DNA of 64,000 nt from Anaerolineales bacterium (GTDB lineage: Bacteria; Chloroflexota; Anaerolineae; Anaerolineales; UBA4823). The stretch covers positions 6,836-70,835 of the forward strand of contig JAWOHN010000118.1 of the NCBI GenBank assembly GCA_046485135.1, given 5' to 3'. Shown one piece after another: positions 55,695-64,000 of the stretch. Position numbers and translations under genes: made by a program. Under the pieces are notes generated by a model that made no database searches, was not told the DNA's origin, and saw nothing but the letters and a program-made list of their open reading frames with translations. The stretch's first letter is position 1. Each line of letters opens with the position of its first letter.

Positions 55695-58600
55695 TCAACT
55701 AATTAGTTTTAGATAAAGGGAGACTGTTTGGGGGGAAGGCTGTGCACCTACTTCTTCCAAAAGCGCTTTTCGACAGCGATCGAATTGGCGTGTCACTTCG
55801 GCCTGATTTCCACGCGCTGCATATGCCTGCATGAGCAATCGATAGGCTTCCTCGAGGCAAGGATCTTCAGCAAGAATTCGCTGGCAGGCTTCAAGAGTCT
55901 CAAGAAAATCTCCCCCTTCAAGATAAAGGCGAGCCAGATCAAGCATTGCCTCTTCGTACATCCTCCAAAAGCGTTCTCTTTCGGCTGAAACCCAATTCCC
56001 TTCCATTTCTGGCAGGTAAGGTCCTTGGTAGAGATCAATCGCCACCCGATATGCAGCTATCCGATCTGCTCTTTTTTGATCAGATTGGCCAATAACGACA
56101 TTGGTGATAAACGATTCCACATCATACTCATAATCCTGCTCAGGATTAAACCAATAACGATCTCCATCGAATAACAGGACGTCCTGTCCCAAAGCATACC
56201 GGATCCGATAAATGGTATTTTTGAATTGCAGCTTTAACTGCCCGGCAGAGCTCTCAGGCCAAAAGATCAACCCTAAGGCTTCTTTGGTCAACCCATGCGG
56301 GTGAGCTAGCAAACAAAAGAACACTTCACGAGCTCGCCTTTGATTCTGCCATTCAGCCACGGTGACTGGCTTTCCATCTTGTGCTACCAATGCCTTCCCA
56401 AGAGCGCTAATGGTAAGCTTTGGCGGAACAAATTTAATCGCGGAAGCATGCGGCCGCAAACGCCTGCGCAGCGAGGGGATAGTACGTTCAAATTGGGTTA
56501 CCTTCTTAAGTAAGCTAGAGGCCTGATGACCAACCAGCGGATGCTCTTGCGCTGCCTGTAAAAGCGCCTTGGCACTCCTGCCGGCAACAACCAGAAGATT
56601 TTGGCTGTCCATCGCGGAGGCAATTTCCAGGGAGTAATGCAAATATGAATAGGCATCATCTATTGAATTTGCAGAGAAACAAGCAGTCGCCAAGTAGAGA
56701 TAGGCGCGAGCAGCTTCTAACCGCTGTCCACCCTTGTCAAATACCAAGGCAGCTTGGTGAAAATGATCAATAGCTGCTTGAGCATATCCTACCGCCAGAT
56801 CAATCCGACCTTCTTCTATTTGCAAGAGGCCGGTTTCAAATTCGGATGAGCTTTCATGAACTAACCTATCGGCAGATGCAAGCAGACCGCGGGCATGGGC
56901 GATATCTCCACGATCTCGGGCCTGGGCAGCTTCCATCAGATTAAGGTAGGTCTGTAGGAATATGTCCTCATTTTGTTCAGCAAACACCCGGGTCCGTTCA
57001 TAAACATCTAGTGCCGCTTCTACAGCATCAAGGTCAGCATAAAGGTCGCCCATACCGCAAAGGATATATGCTTCCATACGGTTCATGCCATGATATTTAG
57101 CAATTGCCAAGCCGTCCGAAAACAGCGCTGCAGCTCGTTCATATTCCCCTTGAAGATGATGCAGGATGGCCAGGTTATTGATCAAATACACCTGGCCAAC
57201 CATATTTTGTACTTTACGCCAGTAGCTTAGTGCCCGATTGAAGTAGGTCATAGCCTCCCGGTAATTGCTACCAGCCATATGGGCCAGACCCAACTCCATG
57301 AGCACTGTTGTGACATTCTGCATGTCATGGAGAGAGTTGTAAACAATTAACGATTTATTTAATCTTTCAACAGCCTCGCTCAGATTTCCCAAATGATAAT
57401 GGCTCATGCCAATCGCACGCAGCGATTCGGCTTTGACCTGAGGTGGAGTAGCTTCATCATTAGCTAGAGCCAACGCCTCTGAAGCATCGGAAAGAGAGTC
57501 TGAATACCTGCCCACAAAGCGGTGTGCAGATGCACGCCTCACCAATGTATGCGCCAGACCAACCTGATCCCCAACGGACCGCAATGCCGCCTCTGCCCGG
57601 TTCAAGAGAGATAGACCTTGCTCCAGATTTCCCTGATTAACTGCAGCAGCTCCGCGCAAGGAAAGCAGATTTGGATGGGTGAGAAACGTAGATTCAGGTA
57701 AAGCATCAATCCATTCTGTCAGAGTTGAAAAACGACCATTTGTGATCATGGCTGAGCCTACCCGCTCGATTAACTGCGCGGTGATTAAGATGTCACCTAA
57801 ACACTGGCAAGCAGTGTATGCCTTTTCCCATTCTTTTCGTTGCACGTATACATCTACCAACCGGCGTAAGATTTTGACTCGTTCTTCAGGGTATTCCTTT
57901 TCAAACCTTTTTTGGAGAAAATCGCGGAACAAATGGTGGTAGCGGATCCACTGACCCTCCTCCCCCACAGGAAGGACGAACAAATTGTTTTGCAGGGTGA
58001 CCTCAATCAGTGCGCCCCAATCAGGACTGTCACCAAAAACAGCTCGGCATAATTCAGCATCAAATTCGTCCAACAAGGACGTATGCATGAGAAATACCTG
58101 GCTGGATTGAGGTTGGCGGTCAAGCACTTGTTGTGCCAGATACTCATACAAACCAATGCCAGATACCCGTGCTACACGCACCAGGTTGGCCATATCCTCC
58201 CATACTGTATGAGCTGTAAGAAGCAAGCCGGTAATCCATCCTTCAGTTTCGCGAATGAGTTCTTCGGCTACTGAATCGGGCATGCTGGATTGGTAATTTT
58301 GTAAAACCAAAGATTGGATTTCTTCCGGGCGAAACGCCAGCTCTTCGAAACTTAAGCCCCCCACTTGCGAACGAGCGATCATTAAGGGCATATCCGGAAG
58401 AGTCAATAGAGCCCGCGACATTAGAATCAGATGGCAGTTTTCATCAACATCCTGGATAAAGCGATTAATAAAGTAATCTACCTCTTTATCCGCATTTAAC
58501 AAATGGTAATCATCTAATACAATTAAGAAATGTTCCTGGATATTATCGTAAGCATCATTAACGATCGTTGTGACCATCCGGTCCAAATCCAGTTCACCCG

Positions 58601-58919
58601 ATTGAGCCGCTTCCAAAGCAGCATAGGATTGCTGGCCAAAAGATGGAAATCGTTGCTTGATAGCAGCAATTAAGTACGTGAGAAAGCGCCGGACATCGTG
58701 ATCAAGGACATCTAATGCGTACCAGCAAACCGGGAACTCGACCTGATGGGCAAAATCTAAAATCAACGATGTTTTCCCATATCCGGCAGGTGCAGAGACA
58801 ATGATTAGCCTGCAATCCAATAGGTCATAGAGGGCATCAAGAAGCCGCTGTCTGGAAAACAAATCAGATCGTCGGCGGGGAAGGACAACCTTTGTGCGCG
58901 TCACCGTTATCGGCATCAA
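55695..58919 (-). CDS. MalT-like STAND NTPase - TPR array - C-terminal SARP (winged helix plus BTAD) transcriptional regulator
   Basis: 1074 aa. VSAPAGYGKTS Walker A at ~residue 45, LIVLDDYH Walker B, a long TPR-like middle, and a C-terminal wHTH (FFCLLAHPHGLTKEAL...FKNTIYRIRYAL) followed by BTAD (AIDLYQGPYLPE...AYRLLMQAYAARGNQAEVTRQFDRCRKALLEEVGAQPSPQT). Confidence 0.8.
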   Translation of the reverse strand: MMPITVTRTKVVLPRRRSDLFSRQRLLDALYDLLDCRLIIVSAPAGYGKTSLILDFAHQVEFPVCWYALDVLDHDVRRFLTYLIAAIKQRFPSFGQQSYAALEAAQSGELDLDRMVTTIVNDAYDNIQEHFLIVLDDYHLLNADKEVDYFINRFIQDVDENCHLILMSRALLTLPDMPLMIARSQVGGLSFEELAFRPEEIQSLVLQNYQSSMPDSVAEELIRETEGWITGLLLTAHTVWEDMANLVRVARVSGIGLYEYLAQQVLDRQPQSSQVFLMHTSLLDEFDAELCRAVFGDSPDWGALIEVTLQNNLFVLPVGEEGQWIRYHHLFRDFLQKRFEKEYPEERVKILRRLVDVYVQRKEWEKAYTACQCLGDILITAQLIERVGSAMITNGRFSTLTEWIDALPESTFLTHPNLLSLRGAAAVNQGNLEQGLSLLNRAEAALRSVGDQVGLAHTLVRRASAHRFVGRYSDSLSDASEALALANDEATPPQVKAESLRAIGMSHYHLGNLSEAVERLNKSLIVYNSLHDMQNVTTVLMELGLAHMAGSNYREAMTYFNRALSYWRKVQNMVGQVYLINNLAILHHLQGEYERAAALFSDGLAIAKYHGMNRMEAYILCGMGDLYADLDAVEAALDVYERTRVFAEQNEDIFLQTYLNLMEAAQARDRGDIAHARGLLASADRLVHESSSEFETGLLQIEEGRIDLAVGYAQAAIDHFHQAALVFDKGGQRLEAARAYLYLATACFSANSIDDAYSYLHYSLEIASAMDSQNLLVVAGRSAKALLQAAQEHPLVGHQASSLLKKVTQFERTIPSLRRRLRPHASAIKFVPPKLTISALGKALVAQDGKPVTVAEWQNQRRAREVFFCLLAHPHGLTKEALGLIFWPESSAGQLKLQFKNTIYRIRYALGQDVLLFDGDRYWFNPEQDYEYDVESFITNVVIGQSDQKRADRIAAYRVAIDLYQGPYLPEMEGNWVSAERERFWRMYEEAMLDLARLYLEGGDFLETLEACQRILAEDPCLEEAYRLLMQAYAARGNQAEVTRQFDRCRKALLEEVGAQPSPQTVSLYLKLIS

Positions 58920-59193
58920 TCCCTCACTGAAATTAACCTCACACCGGTAAAAATCCTGTCTCTGCAGGGATTTCCTTGGTGAAGGCCTTTCCAGGCAGAA
59001 TCATCTACAGCAGAAATATTCAATAAACAGGTGTTTATGGGAGGGTGTGCCCATAGGCCTGTCTTTCGATCATTTCCTTAGTTAGCTGAGCAATTACCTT
59101 ATTAATAATAACCGAGGATTGTAAAAGATGGACGCCATTTCTGACAGGATGCTGATAAAAGTGAATAATATTTGCCATTAGAAATAAAATAAT

Positions 59194-59204
59194 TTGTCTG
59201 ACAA
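59194..59204. promoter_or_regulatory. Palindrome TTGTC-T-GACAA abutting the -35 of the deaminase promoter (candidate GntR-type operator)
   Basis: Perfect 5+1+5 dyad with a GT...AC core. A GntR/HutC-type regulator is encoded 3.3 kb downstream. Confidence 0.35.
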
Positions 59205-59233
59205 TTGACAAGCGGATATTTCTTTGTTAAACT
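59205..59233 (+). promoter_or_regulatory. Consensus-like promoter positioned for a leaderless transcript
   Basis: TTGACA (59205-59210), 17-nt spacer, TAAACT (59228-59233). ATG 59241 is only 7 nt after the -10 and there is no SD. Confidence 0.55.
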
Positions 59234-59240
59234 ATCCTAT

Positions 59241-60629
59241 ATGGCTACTATCTTAATTCGTCACGCAGAATTACTTGTAACTATGGACGACCATCGCCGG
59301 GAAATCCCAGACGGTGGTCTTTTTATTCGAGACGGGTTCATTGAAAAAGTTGGTCCGACCACTGATATACCGGAGAACGCGGATGAAGTGATCGACCTAA
59401 GAAATCATATTATTCTACCGGGTTTGATCAACACGCACCATCATTTTTACCAAACGCTTACCCGAGCTGTACCTGCAGCTCAAAATGCAAATTTGTTCAA
59501 TTGGTTAAAGACTCTTTACCCAATTTGGGCTCGGATGAAGCCTGAGGATATCCAAATATCCACCCAAACAGCTCTCTCAGAGCTAGCAATGTCAGGTTGT
59601 ACAACGGCTCAAGACCACCTGTACATTTTCCCAAATGGCTCTCGTCTGGATGATGAAATTATGGCGGCGCGGGAAGTAGGGGTCCGCCTGCACGCATCGC
59701 GCGGCTCGATGAGCTTGGGAGAGTCAAAAGGTGGGCTTCCCCCTGATAGCGTCGTTGAGGAAGAAGAGGCCATCATGAAGGACTCCCAACGACTGATAGA
59801 AGAATATCACGATAGTGCGCCTGGGTCGTTCACTCAGATTGTACTGGCGCCTTGTTCACCGTTCTCGGTCACGGGTGATCTCATGCGCAACAGTGCTGCG
59901 CTGGCGCGCGAGTATGGCGTTCGCTTGCACACTCATCTGGCAGAGACACAAGATGAGGAATCTTTTTGCCTGTCAAAATTCGGGCACCGTCCGGTGGAGT
60001 ACATGGAAACCCTGGATTGGATAGGGCAAGATGTTTGGTTTGCACATTCCGTTCATATAAACCAAGCTGAGATCGAAGTTTATGCCAAAACTGGTTGTGG
60101 GGTGGCACATTGCCCCTCATCCAATATGCGCCTGGCGTCTGGGATCGCTCCAATTCTGAGGATGTTGGCAGCCGGCGTGCGAGTTGGTCTGGGAGTGGAC
60201 GGATCGGCTAGCAACGATAGCTCTCATATGCTGGCAGAGGCCAGGCAGGCACTGCTGCTATCTCGCTTAGGCGCCGCCATCGAAGGAGCCTCGCTCTCCG
60301 GAACAACAGCGCCACCTCTGATGACCGCTCGCCAAACATTAGAATTGGCTACTCGGGGTGGAGCTAAAGTATTGGGCCGTAATGATATTGGGTCTTTGGA
60401 AGCAGGTAAATGCGCCGATTTCATTGCGATCAATTTGAACCGCCTTGATTTTGCTGGTTCACTGCACGACCCAGTTGCAGCACTGGTTTTATGTGCACCG
60501 GTCCAGACAGATTTCACTGTTGTGGGGGGTAAATTTATTGTCCGCGATGGAAGAATGCAGACAATCGATGTCCAAAACCTGGTTGAAGCCCATAATAAAG
60601 CCGCAAGACGTCTGATCAACGGTGGGTAG
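59241..60629 (+). CDS. Amidohydrolase-superfamily deaminase (8-oxoguanine deaminase / AtzB-SsnA-like)
   Basis: LPGLINTHHHFYQTL, LHTHLAET, VAHCPSSNMRLASG, GLGVDGSASND. The track start TTG 59205 is actually the -35 hexamer. Confidence 0.75.
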   Translation: MATILIRHAELLVTMDDHRREIPDGGLFIRDGFIEKVGPTTDIPENADEVIDLRNHIILPGLINTHHHFYQTLTRAVPAAQNANLFNWLKTLYPIWARMKPEDIQISTQTALSELAMSGCTTAQDHLYIFPNGSRLDDEIMAAREVGVRLHASRGSMSLGESKGGLPPDSVVEEEEAIMKDSQRLIEEYHDSAPGSFTQIVLAPCSPFSVTGDLMRNSAALAREYGVRLHTHLAETQDEESFCLSKFGHRPVEYMETLDWIGQDVWFAHSVHINQAEIEVYAKTGCGVAHCPSSNMRLASGIAPILRMLAAGVRVGLGVDGSASNDSSHMLAEARQALLLSRLGAAIEGASLSGTTAPPLMTARQTLELATRGGAKVLGRNDIGSLEAGKCADFIAINLNRLDFAGSLHDPVAALVLCAPVQTDFTVVGGKFIVRDGRMQTIDVQNLVEAHNKAARRLINGG

Positions 60630-60655
60630 AGGGCACTGATTTAAAAGGAGTTGTA

Positions 60656-62464
60656 ATGTACTCGCAAGTGGATTCCAAAACATCTCGTACCCTGGTGGAT
60701 ACGGCTATGGGCCGTACTCCGGCTGACCTGGTAATCCAAAAAGGACGTTGGGTTTGTGTGCAATCGGGCGAGATCATCCCGGCTATTGACATAGCTGTGA
60801 AAAATGGCCGGATTGCTTACGTTGGAGAAGATGCATCTCATACGATTGGGCCCGATACCCAAATCATCGAGGCAGCCGATCGGTTTCTCGTTCCTGGTCT
60901 ATTGGACGCGCATATGCATGTTGAATCTGGCATGCTGACTGTAAGCGAGTTTGTGCGCGCGGTACTGGTCCACGGGACCACAGCCATGTTTATTGACCCG
61001 CATGAAATCGCGAATGTGTTTGGTTTGGAAGGCGTAAGGCTGATGGTAGATGAGGCTGCCAACCAACCCATCCATGTATGGGTACAAATACCTTCCTGTG
61101 TCCCTTCTGCGCCCGGTTTAGAATCTCCCGGAGCCAGCATTACACCAGAGCATATAGCTGAAGCCATGAATTGGGATGGCGTGATCGGTCTGGGTGAGAT
61201 GATGAACTTCCCCGGTGTAATCAACAGCGACGAAAAAATGCATGCAGAGATGGCTGAAACGCGCCGGGCTGGAAAAGTGATCGGTGGGCACTATGCTTCC
61301 CCAGATTTAGGCATGCCATTCCACGGCTATGTTGCTGGTGGTCCAGAAGATGATCACGAGGGCACGCGTCTGGAAGACGCGATTGCCAGGGTCCGCCAGG
61401 GCATGAAAGCGATGCTGCGTTATGGGTCTGCCTGGTACGATGTAGAAAGCCAGGTAGGCGCGATTACAGAAAAAGGACTGGATTCTCGCCATTTTATCTT
61501 GTGCACAGACGACTCCCATTCACAGACACTGGTTCAGGATGGACATATGGACCGCGTGGTACGGCACGCCATCGAGCAAGGCCTCCCACCAGTAACTGCC
61601 ATCCAGATGGCTACCCTGAACACAGCAGATCATTTCGGACTAGCGCGCGACATCGGGCAGATCGCCCCAGGCCGGTATGCCGATATCTTACTCGTCCAAG
61701 ATCTGTCAAATTTCCATGCCGACCAGGTCATCGCGAGGGGAATTCTCATCGCTGACGCAGGTCATTGCCTGGTTGATAGAAAACCATATCCTTATCCGGA
61801 TTGGGCAACCAAATCCGTCCGCATCGGCCGAACCTTAACTGAGAAAGACTTCCGCATTTGTATTTCTGATGACTCATCGCAAACCAGCACCTTTCCCCTA
61901 AAGGCAAATGTGATTGGAATCATTGAGAATCAAGCGCCTACACAACACCTACGCATACCGGTATTTCCCAGTCATGGAGAAATCCATGCAGATATCGAAA
62001 GAGACCTATCAAAGGTAGCCCTGGTGGAGCGTCACAAAGGTAGAGGGACCGTAACTTCCGGTCTGGTGAAGGGATTTGGCTTTAACATACCTTGTGCTGT
62101 GGCTTCAACTGTTGCTCATGACAGCCACCATATGCTGGTGGTGGGTAACAATGACCAAGACATGGCGATGGCTGCCAACGAGCTCGTCCGTTGTGGTGGA
62201 GGCCAAATCGTTGTTCAGGCTGGAAAAGTGATTGGTTTGGTTGAGCTGCCAATCGCGGGATTAATGTCGAATGAAGCGGCAGAAGTAGTCTCCAGAAAAG
62301 CAGATACGATTCTAGAGGGTTTCAAAAGTTGTGGGTGTAAGCTAAACAACCCGAACATGCAACTCAGTCTGTTGGCCCTGGTAGTGATCCCTGAACTGCG
62401 GATATCAGATATGGGTCTGGTTGATGTAACCAGTTTTCGACTGATCCCATTGGTTGAAGAATAA
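60656..62464 (+). CDS. ade: Adenine deaminase
   Basis: 602 aa. LVPGLLDAHMHVESG, FIDPHEIANV. AAAGGAG lies upstream. Confidence 0.85.
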   Translation: MYSQVDSKTSRTLVDTAMGRTPADLVIQKGRWVCVQSGEIIPAIDIAVKNGRIAYVGEDASHTIGPDTQIIEAADRFLVPGLLDAHMHVESGMLTVSEFVRAVLVHGTTAMFIDPHEIANVFGLEGVRLMVDEAANQPIHVWVQIPSCVPSAPGLESPGASITPEHIAEAMNWDGVIGLGEMMNFPGVINSDEKMHAEMAETRRAGKVIGGHYASPDLGMPFHGYVAGGPEDDHEGTRLEDAIARVRQGMKAMLRYGSAWYDVESQVGAITEKGLDSRHFILCTDDSHSQTLVQDGHMDRVVRHAIEQGLPPVTAIQMATLNTADHFGLARDIGQIAPGRYADILLVQDLSNFHADQVIARGILIADAGHCLVDRKPYPYPDWATKSVRIGRTLTEKDFRICISDDSSQTSTFPLKANVIGIIENQAPTQHLRIPVFPSHGEIHADIERDLSKVALVERHKGRGTVTSGLVKGFGFNIPCAVASTVAHDSHHMLVVGNNDQDMAMAANELVRCGGGQIVVQAGKVIGLVELPIAGLMSNEAAEVVSRKADTILEGFKSCGCKLNNPNMQLSLLALVVIPELRISDMGLVDVTSFRLIPLVEE

Positions 62465-62555
62465 ACTCATATAAAAGACGATCTATTTAATTGGCTGAGT
62501 AGTTACAATAATCATGTGAAACTTGAGAGGAAATGCTATTTTCTGGTGATACAAA

Positions 62556-63308
62556 ATGGTTGAAAATCTATCGCGACAACAAAAACTTCACGAAGAATTG
62601 TGGCGGATAATCGCAGAGACAGAGGCTGGTCAACGCCTTCTGAATGAGCCAGACCTTGCCCGCCAGTTGGGAGTATCGCGAGCCACCTTGCGAGAAGCCA
62701 TGCGTACTTTTGAGACTCAAGGTCTGATCCGCAGACGCCAGGGATCTGGGACTTATGTCGTACGCCCGTCTCGGGTAATCGAAAGCGGGCTGGAGCTATT
62801 AGAAAGTATTGAGAGCTTAAGCAACAAAATCGGCCTGGATGTATCGATGGGAGAGCTCAGTGTTGAGTACCGGCTGGGCAATCCAAGCGAATGTAAAGCC
62901 CTCGGATTAGAGCCTGCTCAAAGAATTATTCACCTCTCACGCGTAATCATGACCGAAGACCGATCGGTGGCATACTTGATAGACATCCTGCCGGATAAGA
63001 TCCTCTCCCCTGAGGAAATCCAAGCTGGTTTCACGGGTTCCGTTCTGGATGTATTGCTGCAGCGAGGGTCGCCCACCCTGGTTACCTCATTAACCGAGAT
63101 AAGTGCAACTGGCGCCGACCAAAAAGTCGCTCGGGCATTGGGTGTACAGCGCGGGGCAGTCTTGCTGGTCTTCAATGCTTCGCTTTACAGCGCCGATGGC
63201 CAGATTGTCGACTATTCAACGAGTTATTTCTTGCCGGGCTATTTTCGCTTTCATGTGGTCCGGCGGGTCTTAAGCCCGCAACTTGTCAGTGAACAGCAAC
63301 TGGTTTGA
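62556..63308 (+). CDS. GntR-family (HutC/UTRA-type) transcriptional regulator
   Basis: 250 aa. EPDLARQLGVSRATLREAMRTFETQGLIRRRQGSGTYV plus a UTRA-like C-terminal half. Confidence 0.85.
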   Translation: MVENLSRQQKLHEELWRIIAETEAGQRLLNEPDLARQLGVSRATLREAMRTFETQGLIRRRQGSGTYVVRPSRVIESGLELLESIESLSNKIGLDVSMGELSVEYRLGNPSECKALGLEPAQRIIHLSRVIMTEDRSVAYLIDILPDKILSPEEIQAGFTGSVLDVLLQRGSPTLVTSLTEISATGADQKVARALGVQRGAVLLVFNASLYSADGQIVDYSTSYFLPGYFRFHVVRRVLSPQLVSEQQLV

Positions 63309-63369
63309 CCAATGACAACCGCTGCTGAAAACTAAATTCCAATAAATAAAAGAACTGGAGGTAAATGCA

Positions 63370-64000
63370 ATGCGTAGTTTTATGGGGCGTGACATTCTGT
63401 CACTAAAAGATTTTGGAAGAGAAGAATATTTTCGGATTTTTGAGGTAGCTGATCGCCTGGCGCCAATTGCAAGAGATCGACAAAACAGTGATATTCTGAG
63501 TGGAAAGAGCCTGGTGACAGCATTTTACCAACCCAGCACCCGCACACGACTGGCTCATGAGGCCGCCATGCACCGTCTGGGTGGGCATGTGCTCGGTTTT
63601 TCAGATGCAAAGATGACCCGGGCCGGGGACTTTTATCAGGAATCGATCAAGGATACCGTTCGGATGCTGGAATTCTATGGCGATGCTATCGTCATGCGCC
63701 ACTTCCAGCAAGGTGCACCGCATGAAGCAGCTCGCTGGGCCAGCATTCCGGTTATCAACGCAGGCGACGGGTGGGGAGAACATCCAACCCAGGTGTTGAC
63801 CGACTTGTACACCATTAAGGGTGAATTCGGCCACCTGGATGGCTTGAACTTCCTGTTGATCGGTGATATGCGTATGCGCACCATGCACAGCATCTCCTAT
63901 GCAATGTCGCAATTTGACATCAATGCCTTCTACGTCTCTCCCCCCGAAATGAGCCTGACGGATGACTTCAAAAAAGAAATCACCGACCTCAACCTAAACT
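63370..64000 (+). CDS. pyrB: Aspartate carbamoyltransferase catalytic subunit (5' part; runs off the right edge, so it is absent from the ORF track)
   Basis: Manual translation from ATG 63370 (GGAGG 9 nt upstream) is open to the window end. Motifs: QPSTRTRLAHE, IVMRH, INAGDGWGEHPTQVLTDLYTI. Confidence 0.8.
   Translation, partial: MRSFMGRDILSLKDFGREEYFRIFEVADRLAPIARDRQNSDILSGKSLVTAFYQPSTRTRLAHEAAMHRLGGHVLGFSDAKMTRAGDFYQESIKDTVRMLEFYGDAIVMRHFQQGAPHEAARWASIPVINAGDGWGEHPTQVLTDLYTIKGEFGHLDGLNFLLIGDMRMRTMHSISYAMSQFDINAFYVSPPEMSLTDDFKKEITDLNLN

Noticed and set aside
55695-58919. STAND NTPase as an Avs-type antiviral sensor.
   Set aside because: It has no nuclease, protease, Sir2 or TIR effector domain. 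The only output domain is a SARP DNA-binding module, which fits a MalT/AfsR-like transcription factor.
59128-59181. 17-codon ORF (MDAISDRMLIKVNNICH) with a GAGGA upstream, in the divergent promoter region.
   Set aside because: It is very short and lies upstream of the predicted -35 of the deaminase promoter. Nothing distinguishes it from chance.
1-64000. Scan for CRISPR arrays, IS elements or transposases, rRNA, and long tandem or dispersed repeats.
   Set aside because: None were recognised. The only repeats seen are short hairpins or dyads in intergenic regions. A computational repeat search would be needed to exclude dispersed repeats.

Overview
This is a densely coding 64-kb bacterial chromosomal segment with moderate GC by eye. 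The gene style (STAND/SARP regulators, a GH100-type invertase, many GAF/PAS/two-component proteins, one leaderless consensus promoter) reminds me of Chloroflexota/Anaerolineae-like genomes, but that is only an impression. I call 54 protein genes, one tRNA(CAU), six hairpin terminators, several near-consensus sigma70-type promoters and two candidate operator palindromes. I saw no rRNA, CRISPR array, transposase, phage or plasmid genes.

Most of the content is housekeeping: pgm, tatD, polyprenyl synthase, cysteine desulfurase plus mnmA, csp, L25, trmI, ruvX, mltG, mgsA, lon, folC, folD, tilS, several peptidases, and a purine-deaminase cluster followed by pyrB.

Two genes are missing from the supplied ORF track because they run off the window edges:
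- a giant cyclic beta-1,2-glucan-synthase-like gene (1-5810, minus strand);
- a pyrB-like gene (63370-64000, plus strand).

Two short ORFs below the track cutoff also look real:
- a 47-aa zinc ribbon translationally coupled to a sirtuin;
- a 53-aa membrane peptide in front of a DUF5317-like gene.

The loci most worth a second look are:
1. A translationally coupled operon: receiver plus TadZ/CpaE-like ATPase, Sir2 deacylase, GAF histidine kinase (48339-51455).
2. A minus-strand locus: MalT-like STAND NTPase with a C-terminal SARP domain, then three small coupled genes, then a PAS-GAF-HD-GYP protein (52645-58919).
3. A sucrose-type operon that contains a catalytically dead SPP-like HAD domain fused to a GH100-like invertase, plus an FGGY kinase (7229-12958).
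4. A XerC/D-like protein that lacks the catalytic tyrosine (45803-46726).

All functional calls rest on motif recognition by eye. No searches or computations were run.
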